DNA of 64,000 nt, from the NCBI GenBank assembly GCA_963836755.1, contig CAWIKF010000002.1:768001-832000 (forward strand), in the 5' to 3' direction. Of this stretch, positions 51,304 through 58,956 are shown piece after piece. A program made the position numbers and the translations under genes. The DNA comes from an uncultured Verrucomicrobiae bacterium. GTDB taxonomy: Bacteria > Verrucomicrobiota > Verrucomicrobiia > Chthoniobacterales > Chthoniobacteraceae. The notes beneath the pieces were generated by a model. That model made no database searches, was not told the origin of the DNA, and saw only the letters and a list, made by a program, of their open reading frames with translations. Position 1 is the first letter of the stretch; every line of letters starts with the position of its first letter.

Positions 51304-52215
51304 TTACGCAACCGCAGGTTCAGCAACAGCTTCGACCGCAGGCGTGCGATTCATGATGAAGTCGGCAGCTTTCCCCGCTTGATTTGCAGCACGAACTATC
51401 CACCGCCGATGGTTTTTTTCTTTGAGAGCACTGAGCCAGCCTTTGAGATAAGCGGCAGACTGCTCGTGATCGTCGCGAACAATGTCCGCTTCCATTCCGA
51501 GAAAAGCCGCTCCCATTTCCGCTACAAGTTCCTCTTCGGAATACACTTTGCCGCCAAAGCCGTCATTTTCAATCAGGCTTTTTCGATTCAGACGTGATTC
51601 GTGACCGCTTGAATGCACAAGTTCATGGAAGAGTGTTGTGTAAAAATCTTCCAATGAATCGAAGGTTGTCCGACTTGGCATGTCCACCGAGTCAGTAGCA
51701 CGCCGATAGCATGCCTCTGTTCGGATACCCTCACGAATTTGAGGGGGTAACGGCATTTCACCTACGATGCTTTCCGCCTTCGCAATTCGCACATCTGCCT
51801 CACTGTGCTGGATACTTGGAACCGCCGGGAAATCAATGTCCTTAATTTGAAGTGCATTGAACACCTTGTAACCCTTGAGGTAATAGCTCTTCCTTTCCTC
51901 ATCGTCTGCGCTGCCGTTGACGGCTGCTTTCTTAAAGGTGCCGTATTTGACGACGATTGAACCATGCTCATCCTTGAGCACACTTCCGCCGCGCATCTTC
52001 ACTTGGTTGAAGGTCATCCAATATGGCGATGCAAAACGCCGACAACTTAGCAGAATCACGTTGACACCGTGATATTCCTGTCCGGTGTGGAAATTGCGAG
52101 GCCGCCCAATGTCTCGCCGCCAGGGACGACGCCACGGAACGTCTCCTTTTTCTAACTGCTCAATGATTGTATCAGTAACCAGTTTGTATGGATCAATGAA
52201 CTGCTTTTTATTCAT
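51304..52215 (-). CDS. ardC: antirestriction protein ArdC (ssDNA-binding domain plus zincin metallopeptidase)
   Basis: PWRRPW, YHGVNVILL, WMTFNQ, FHELVHSSGHESRLNR, YSEEELVAE and SAAYLKGW; AGAGGAG RBS. Confidence 0.92.
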   Translation of the reverse strand: MNKKQFIDPYKLVTDTIIEQLEKGDVPWRRPWRRDIGRPRNFHTGQEYHGVNVILLSCRRFASPYWMTFNQVKMRGGSVLKDEHGSIVVKYGTFKKAAVNGSADDEERKSYYLKGYKVFNALQIKDIDFPAVPSIQHSEADVRIAKAESIVGEMPLPPQIREGIRTEACYRRATDSVDMPSRTTFDSLEDFYTTLFHELVHSSGHESRLNRKSLIENDGFGGKVYSEEELVAEMGAAFLGMEADIVRDDHEQSAAYLKGWLSALKEKNHRRWIVRAANQAGKAADFIMNRTPAVEAVAEPAVA

Positions 52216-52294
52216 TTAAAGAACTCCTCTCTGTATGTGATTGTCACTAGAAGCCCGCCTCACCATGAGATGGACTTCTCAGTAACAACCACAG

Positions 52295-52822
52295 CTACAC
52301 CCGCCACTTTTTTAGAAGTTCTCTTCTTCGTGTTTCCATCTCCTTTCCGTGTTCTGTGGATAACTGACCTAAGGGCAGCGCATTAGAATTCAGATTAGAA
52401 TTAGTATTAAGATTAGAATTAAGATGCGATGGACTATCCGACCCTATACATAGGGCTTGATAGTCTATGGATAGCCTATCGGTTATCGACTTCGGCGCTC
52501 GCTTTAGCTCCGCGAGAACTCCCTGCCGTATCTTTGGATTAGGCGTCTGATACTTGATGAAATTCACGATCCCTACCCAACCATCAGCCACGACGAGCTT
52601 TCCATCTGCTTGAAATTTCTTAAACGTCGCGTCGATTTTATCCGCTCCTATTCTTGTATCAAAAACTACCCGCTTTACGGGTAGCTCATAGACGCCAGAA
52701 ATGTTCGTGAGTGGGTTGGTAATGAGGTAGAGAAATAAGAGCTTTTCCGTAGAAGCAAGCCCCGCAATATATGAGTCATCCCAAAACTTTGTGTTGACGA
52801 TCCGTTGCTTTGCCACACTCAT
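52295..52822 (-). CDS. phage/mobile-element replication-initiator-like protein (N-terminal wHTH)
   Basis: KQRIVNTKFWDD...EKLLFLYLITNP.TNISGVYEL N-terminus, followed by a low-complexity NSNLN linker. Confidence 0.65.
   Translation of the reverse strand: MSVAKQRIVNTKFWDDSYIAGLASTEKLLFLYLITNPLTNISGVYELPVKRVVFDTRIGADKIDATFKKFQADGKLVVADGWVGIVNFIKYQTPNPKIRQGVLAELKRAPKSITDRLSIDYQALCIGSDSPSHLNSNLNTNSNLNSNALPLGQLSTEHGKEMETRRRELLKKWRV
52351..52480. repeat. origin-like repeat cluster inside the rep gene
   Basis: DnaA box TGTGGATAA at 52355-52363; AT-rich ATTAGA repeats at 52382-52424; GATAGnCTATC-like 11-mers at 52428, 52459 and 52470. Confidence 0.55.
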
Positions 52823-53232
52823 TGCGCTCGCTGCCAGTCCGCGCGTCAAGAGGCAGTCACCCAAGAGAGATCGCATGGATACATCCCTCAGCATAAGCAC
52901 CACGATTTGCGCCGACCGGCAACGAACGTGTTAAAACTCAATCACCTTTTCTCGCGCCTCATTCATCCACTCGCGCCGACAGTCAGGACAGACACATGAA
53001 TGACTAAAAAGCCGCAATAGCAAACGCCTTAAAAATAGCCGGAGGCCACAAGAGCGTTGCTTTTGCCCTTCTATTGTCAGTGGTATGTATTCCATTTCCC
53101 GTTTTTCTGGCATAGAAAAGTGATTAGATTAATAAAAGCGACCATCCCTGTTTGTGCAGGGAAACATGCAGACCATGAACCTAACGAGACTCCAATACGT
53201 GTCTCTGGCCCTGTCTGCATGTTTCCACACGC

Positions 53233-53261
53233 AAAAAAGCTGACCTTGCTCAGGCCAGCTT
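53233..53261 (-). terminator. intrinsic terminator downstream of the tyrosine recombinase
   Basis: Minus strand AAGCTGGCCT-GAGCA-AGGTCAGCTT ending in a T6 run. Confidence 0.7.
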
Positions 53262-53473
53262 TAATGCGTTTTCTCTTTCACTTCATCGAGTGTTGCGGAT
53301 AAGTCATATTGTGCGACGTATCCAAACCTTTTTTATTCCCGCTCTCTCAGGCGGGATTCGCATTGTTCACTGGCCTTTCTTCTTACCTGTTAAAGATCGC
53401 TCTTACAGGTAATTATAATTCCCCACCACCACTCCTTGCAAGTGGCGTTCTGTGGATAACCAGGAGAACGGCT

Positions 53474-54427
53474 TTACGCAGCCAACGACAGACTCTCATT
53501 GATGGCAAATTGGAGCTGCTTTTCAGCGTAGTCTTTCAGTTCTGGGCGACTCAATTTCGTATAGTGTGCAATCGTTGTGGGTGTGCTATGCCCTACAAGT
53601 TGCGCAATGATTGCGTCTGGCACGCCGAGCTTTGCCAATCTGTGAATGAAGGCATGTCGAAACGAATGCGGGCAAAGTTTGCGGATCAGTCCCGCGCGTT
53701 GAAACGCTACTTTAAAAGAGCGTTCCACAGTGCGGTTCCCAATCGGTTTGCTCGTGCGCAAGCATTTGGTGATGAACAACGCGTCTATGTCAACTGGCCC
53801 ATTGTTAACTCTATCAACAAGATACTGTTGAAGAACGTCGTCTGTGCCTGTGTTCCAAAAGACCCGCCTGCTGCGCATTGTCTTTTCCGTGCGGATTACT
53901 GCCGAACGATCCTCTTGAATATCTTCGATTTCCAAACTTAGAAGTTCCCCGAGACGCATCCCTGTATCATGCAGAAGCATAATCATCGCGAGATCACGAA
54001 GGTTCGCGGGCTTCCTCATTCGCAGCGTTGTCACTACCTGTTGATATTCCGCTTCTGTAATGGCTTCGTGTGATCGAGCGAATCCGCGTGGCACACGGGC
54101 TAAGTATAGCGGAAACCGCAATCTTCCCTGTTCTGCAAAAAAACGGAGATAATTATGGACTACATTTAGTGCGAGTTCGACTCCACACGGAGCATGTTTC
54201 TTGTAAAGAGTGTTTGCGAATGCCACATAATCGGTATGACGCAGAGCCTCCGGTGGTTTGTTCACAAATTCTTGGAATCGCTTAACCCAAATTCGATACA
54301 CTTGATAAGCTTTCGCTGTGTATGATTGTTTCCACGCAAGATACTCGTGGATAAGATCATCATTGCTCGATGAAGTGAGAAGTGAATCGTCGAGAGATGG
54401 ACGATGCACTTGAAAGGTGTGGTTCAT
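53474..54427 (-). CDS. tyrosine recombinase/integrase
   Basis: RDLAMIMLLHDTGMRLGEL, EKT, HSFRH and VGHSTPTTIAHY give an intact R-K-H-R-H-Y set; start at MNHTFQ. Confidence 0.92.
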   Translation of the reverse strand: MNHTFQVHRPSLDDSLLTSSSNDDLIHEYLAWKQSYTAKAYQVYRIWVKRFQEFVNKPPEALRHTDYVAFANTLYKKHAPCGVELALNVVHNYLRFFAEQGRLRFPLYLARVPRGFARSHEAITEAEYQQVVTTLRMRKPANLRDLAMIMLLHDTGMRLGELLSLEIEDIQEDRSAVIRTEKTMRSRRVFWNTGTDDVLQQYLVDRVNNGPVDIDALFITKCLRTSKPIGNRTVERSFKVAFQRAGLIRKLCPHSFRHAFIHRLAKLGVPDAIIAQLVGHSTPTTIAHYTKLSRPELKDYAEKQLQFAINESLSLAA

Positions 54428-54569
54428 GGTTTTGTTTGTTAACTGATAAGAACCGAAGAAGCCGCCGAACAAAGAATTGCTGATACCACAAAACTAAACG
54501 CAACCAAAATGCGCAGACCAACTGGCTCCCTCTCGTGCGACCACAAAATACCTTCATCATAGTAGTGAC

Positions 54570-55165
54570 GCCGCAAAGCGTGCGGTGCAGGCAACGTGAA
54601 TTGCGGGCTAACAGAGTATCGACATACTCACCTTACAACCCTATGACCTCATAAACTGTCAATGTGCTCACCTGCACATTAGGGACTCTAGCGCACTCCC
54701 CTCTTAAATGTCAACTGCTCTACGCCTCTACATCAACCTCTACAAACTAGCTATGTAGTGGCGAGTGCCACCATAACTACGAAATACCCTTGAAATACAA
54801 GGGTAGAACGAATTCCCAGGTGTCGTCCTAGCGGCCCGACTTGCTGCATTTTCCTTCGGCTAACCGGGTGTGATCCTTCCTATCGGACAGTCTCACACCA
54901 AAATACAGCAAGTCGGCCCGCAAGGACGCTAACGCGGGACCGACACCTGGGGAACTATTTTGCAACTACTTCTGCGACTTGCGCGGAACGACGGGGCACG
55001 CGCCCCCACCTTCCACACACTTTGACCTTGCTTCGGGGCCGTTGGCACTCTGGCGCAAAATCAAAGAGTGTGGCTCTCCTGTCACCATGAACTATTTCCA
55101 ATCGCGCCCTCTGCTATCGCAGAAGGCGTAAAACTATTCGTTGGAGCGAACTACATATAACGAAT
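54570..55165 (-). ncRNA. candidate structured non-coding RNA(s)
   Basis: No ORF of 60 aa or more in 54561-55200; many stems, including a branched hairpin of about 143 nt at 54813-54955; plus-strand C-A mismatches read as G-U pairs on the minus strand. Confidence 0.45.
54685..54743 (-). promoter_or_regulatory. sigma70-like promoter facing the tyrosine recombinase, with three upstream CTCTAC direct repeats
   Basis: Minus-strand TTGACA (54709-54714), 18-nt spacer, TAGAGT (54685-54690); CTCTAC at 54718, 54726 and 54738. Confidence 0.5.
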
Positions 55166-55495
55166 GATATTGAGCAGTTGCGCGAGATGCATCACGGCTT
55201 TTGCGAGTTGGGTTCTCCCGCAATTCCCTTGAGAATTTATTGCCGGTCAGCTATGGGAACCCTTTGCGCCAAGTAATAGACGATCTCCAGAACAGTGATA
55301 AGTGTAACAAGATGATTACGAATATCGTTGTCGAGCAGGAATCTTACATCAAGACGAAGCAAGTTTGTTGCATACAGCATGAATGCCGCTTTTGCACAAA
55401 AGTGGCCGAGACTTTTGCGTGGCCTGGCTTTAGCTTTAACTCACAACTATGTTGTTGCTTCAAATCCTTACTGTCATTGCAAGTATCTCTTTCTG

Positions 55496-56074
55496 ATGAA
55501 TTCTCATCAACCTGCTGACGGCCTCGCCGGCAAAGAGTGGACACTAGCACCTGTGAGCGAGGTGTGCCTTTCCATCCTTCGAGCGGAATGGGATAAGGTT
55601 AGTCCCGTAACTTCTTGGCATGACAGGAGGCTGATAGATCACCCCGATCTCGATAACCCCTATGAGAACAGCCTGCGGCGGCTCATTTTGGGATCTTGGC
55701 GCGAGGCTCTTCTCCGACGGATTCCAGGAAATACCACCTGGTATCGTGTCCGCTTTCTACAAGACAGTGACCTAGATCAGCTGCTAGTAATCGGCAGCAA
55801 CGATTGGCTGGATTCCAGAGATCAGAACGAATTGCGCCAAGTGGCGCTGCGTCGGCCGCAGACTCTTCGATCGCCGCCTTCTGCCTGGGAGCAGCCAGTT
55901 CTCTGGTCGCACATTAAGGCAGGTCCGTTCTCCATCATCGAAGGCAATAATCGGCTAATAAGCTATTGCTCAACTCCTTCCCTCGGACCTTTAAAGGTTG
56001 AATGTTTCATTGGCCTTTCGTTGATGCCTTGCGCGTGGCACCTTCCGGATCAAGTCCCGCGAATCGAGTCCTGA
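55496..56074 (+). CDS. hypothetical protein, possible ParB/sulfiredoxin-like fold
   Basis: PVLW...FSIIEGNNRL resembles the ParB-N IIDGxHR motif. Confidence 0.5.
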   Translation: MNSHQPADGLAGKEWTLAPVSEVCLSILRAEWDKVSPVTSWHDRRLIDHPDLDNPYENSLRRLILGSWREALLRRIPGNTTWYRVRFLQDSDLDQLLVIGSNDWLDSRDQNELRQVALRRPQTLRSPPSAWEQPVLWSHIKAGPFSIIEGNNRLISYCSTPSLGPLKVECFIGLSLMPCAWHLPDQVPRIES

Positions 56075-56152
56075 CGGCGGGGTGAACGGATGGAGTGGGC
56101 AGGGAAAAATGTCTTGATTTTTTGCGATAACGAGGGAATTTCAACAAAAAGT

Positions 56153-56341
56153 ATGAATACAAAACAAACCGTCAATATGACAAATCGGATGCCTAACGTC
56201 AGGATTGATGCGTCTGGCGACAACATCGTCTGTGACCCTTTTGAAAGGGTTATCAGGGTTGACGCTTCTGGCGACAAGATCGTATGTGATCCTCTCGAAG
56301 AGGACATCCGAGTTGACGCATCTCAGGCAGCAAAACTTTGA
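56153..56341 (+). CDS. 62-aa micro-protein with about 2.3 copies of an 18-aa repeat
   Basis: VRIDASGDNIVCDPFERV / IRVDASGDKIVCDPLEED / IRVDAS; differences between copies fall largely at synonymous third positions. Confidence 0.7.
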   Translation: MNTKQTVNMTNRMPNVRIDASGDNIVCDPFERVIRVDASGDKIVCDPLEEDIRVDASQAAKL

Positions 56342-56415
56342 CGAAGCATTAGCCGGCGCTGTTTGGCTGAAGAAATTGAGTTTGGGCAATCATGTGGAAC
56401 TGATGCCTTCCTGAT

Positions 56416-57033
56416 ATGAGTGAAATTCTAACTCTCCTCACCAAAAAGCCTGAAGTTGCAAGTGCGGTCGCAGCATTGCTGGCGGTTTTTGTTTCCGCCT
56501 TATCCGTGATGCTTACAGTATGGGCGCTGGCCTTACAGCGACGGCATAGTTACCTTTCGGTGCGACCATTGGCGTTTGTCGCGAGCGGAGACTATCAAGA
56601 CCGTCTCTCAGTGAAGATTCGTAACGACGGCATCGGGCCGCTAATTATAAAAAAGCTCTGCGTGACGGATGGCGAAACTGTCAAAGATTGTCTCATCGAT
56701 TGGCTCCCGTTACTGCCCGAAGGCATATTGTGGGACACTTTCACCAAGAACATGGAGGATCGAAGCCTGGCTCCGGGCGGTGAAATTGTTTTGTTCCGCC
56801 TAAGCAATCGCAGTTACGCCCAATTCCATCGATTCCGGGACCTATGCAGAACGCATCTAAAGAAGCTCACTGTCGAGGTTCACTACGTTGACATTTATGA
56901 CCGCAAGATGCCCGTAAGCTATCGAAGTCTCGCCTGGTTCGGGCACACGCGCTCGCTTGATGTCAGCAAAGCAGATGAAGACCTTAAGGCCAGTGGTGGG
57001 CCAGTCGACCTACTTATTGCAGCAGGTGAGTGA
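56416..57033 (+). CDS. hypothetical protein with N-terminal membrane anchor
   Basis: Hydrophobic N-terminal helix, then RP...IRNDGIGPLIIK. Confidence 0.7.
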   Translation: MSEILTLLTKKPEVASAVAALLAVFVSALSVMLTVWALALQRRHSYLSVRPLAFVASGDYQDRLSVKIRNDGIGPLIIKKLCVTDGETVKDCLIDWLPLLPEGILWDTFTKNMEDRSLAPGGEIVLFRLSNRSYAQFHRFRDLCRTHLKKLTVEVHYVDIYDRKMPVSYRSLAWFGHTRSLDVSKADEDLKASGGPVDLLIAAGE

Positions 57034-57081
57034 TAAGGGATTATATGACGAACCGTGCTGGAGACATGCGGTGTGTGGCAT

Positions 57082-57789
57082 TCAGCGTGGCCCTCTGTTC
57101 TCGCTAATGAGTGCTTCGTAAAATCCTATCGAGAATTTGTCATGCACGATCCCGTTCAAAGGATAAAAGACGGACGCTTCATCTAAGAGATGCTTTTTAG
57201 AGATAGTGTTTTTGCCGTGATCGACTGACAGACTTGTGTCGAGTTTATCCAACTGGCCGATTCGCATTGTCCATCCCTTAGTAAAGCCGCGTTCTTCGCT
57301 TGATGCGTCGCTGTCGATAAACGCCGTTTCGTTCAAGAGTGACCTTCGAAATGCCCAGGTGCCGAGTGTAGCATGGTTTTTGGCGAACGGCCCGGCGACA
57401 TAGATTTCGCCGAGATCAATATCCAGGATGAACATTTCCGTTGATCCCGCAATGCACACTTCTGGATTTCCGTTGAGTAAGTCTACGGCTTTCTTTATCC
57501 TATTGGGGAAAGCATAATTGTCGTCATCAAAGTTGAAAATGAATTCTCCATTCGTAAGTTTGTTCGCCAGATTTCTTTTCTTTCCAAGCGGAATGTGCGT
57601 GCTGCTGTAAAGGTAGATCAGATTGGGAAAGTCAAACACATAGTCAAAAATTGGCACCTCTCCATCGTCAACAATGACCCATTCTATCAACGTCTGGTCG
57701 TAATCCAACGCTTGGATATTGTGTCTCAAATGCTGCACAAACAGGGGTCTATTTTTAGTTACGGTTACGATAGAAATCATCTGATCCAT
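57082..57789 (-). CDS. family 2 glycosyltransferase
   Basis: SIVTVTKNR, EWVIVDDG, LGKKRN and FDDD (DxD) motifs. Confidence 0.9.
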   Translation of the reverse strand: MDQMISIVTVTKNRPLFVQHLRHNIQALDYDQTLIEWVIVDDGEVPIFDYVFDFPNLIYLYSSTHIPLGKKRNLANKLTNGEFIFNFDDDNYAFPNRIKKAVDLLNGNPEVCIAGSTEMFILDIDLGEIYVAGPFAKNHATLGTWAFRRSLLNETAFIDSDASSEERGFTKGWTMRIGQLDKLDTSLSVDHGKNTISKKHLLDEASVFYPLNGIVHDKFSIGFYEALISENRGPR

Positions 57790-57795
57790 AGTTTT

Positions 57796-58560
57796 TCACT
57801 GGAGAAATCGTGAGATCAACGGGACGTAGTTTCCGCTATATGTGATAGCTCGGTCATAGACCGATTCCGAAACCAGCTTAGCTCCACGCGCATCATACCG
57901 AATTGCTTGACCATCCGCCGGAAATATTGGCCAAAGTCTATCTCTGATGAACCATTCAACCTTGGTAAGAGTCGGGTCAGCCTCAATCAATCGTCCTATT
58001 TGCCTTCCTAATGAATGGTATTGCTTTTGCAAAACGTCACGCTTTAGCTCACATTCATCTTTGGTAAGCGTAATCCCAATCGGGTCGATATCCGCATCTT
58101 CCGGTGGCTTTTGTAAAAATACGTCTCCATTTGAGTTCTCGTAAGCAAGTGGAATTTCAAAGATCGCGGACGAGAAGCCTAGCGATTTTACTATCGGAAC
58201 AGTCATATCGTGGACTGGATTGTAAAACTCAACAGCATCACAGAATACGGAAGGATCATGGTTACTCCCAAATAACTGCTTGATGAAATTGGAAATTACT
58301 TGGAAATACTCACAATCCAAATTTAGGATAGCGTTATAGAAACTATCTTCACTGCGGTTCATGAAAACGGCACTTCCAGCAAGGCCGATTTGAGATAAAA
58401 CTGCTTTAGTCTCGTTAACTCGATGTTCTCCCCCGCCATCGGTGATATAAACTATTGTGCTGGGTTGCAACCGTGTAATCATACCCAGAGCTGCAACTTC
58501 ATGGTTGGGGTGACTAAATACGAATGCAGCCGGGTTATCCGGTTGAAATTTGATCGACAT
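57796..58560 (-). CDS. PIG-L/LmbE-like deacetylase-fold protein (divergent)
   Basis: FVFSHPNHE and YITDGG resemble HPDDE...TxG; 6 bp from the GT2 gene; start at MSIKFQ. Confidence 0.55.
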   Translation of the reverse strand: MSIKFQPDNPAAFVFSHPNHEVAALGMITRLQPSTIVYITDGGGEHRVNETKAVLSQIGLAGSAVFMNRSEDSFYNAILNLDCEYFQVISNFIKQLFGSNHDPSVFCDAVEFYNPVHDMTVPIVKSLGFSSAIFEIPLAYENSNGDVFLQKPPEDADIDPIGITLTKDECELKRDVLQKQYHSLGRQIGRLIEADPTLTKVEWFIRDRLWPIFPADGQAIRYDARGAKLVSESVYDRAITYSGNYVPLISRFLQ

Positions 58561-58956
58561 ATTCACGAGATAGTCGGCGATTATTCTTCGTTTGCAATTA
58601 AGCTTTACTTGGCTGGTGTTTTTCTTCGTGACTCTAGGTTCGCAAAACAACTTTCGTCGATCCGCAAGGCCGTTTCACAGACAATATTCCTGTGGGAAAA
58701 CATTTTTTGCCCCATAAATGCTCTTATTCACATTGAGCGAGACGTTTATTGCTGCTTTGACCTTTCGTCTGAACGTTGCGACTATTCTGACAGGTTGCAT
58801 GCTTGCCCCTAAAGCAATGGTATCTAACGGTCACATGCTGCCAAGTCATTCATATTCGGCGTCTTTATGGCATTCTGTGAAGCTCGTCGGTGTTCTGTTG
58901 GCAGATGCATTCACCAGCTATTAGACCCTAACAAGATTATGCGTTCTTTCCAGTGA

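Noticed and set aside
53309..53941. 210-aa plus-strand ORF
   Set aside because: Mostly antisense to the tyrosine recombinase, with no motifs
54565..54620. c-di-GMP-I riboswitch suggested by GCAAAG and GGCTAA-like words
   Set aside because: The order and pairing of conserved elements do not fit the consensus as I recall it
56198..56325. 54-bp repeats as a mini-CRISPR or att sites
   Set aside because: Divergence is at synonymous positions, which indicates a protein repeat
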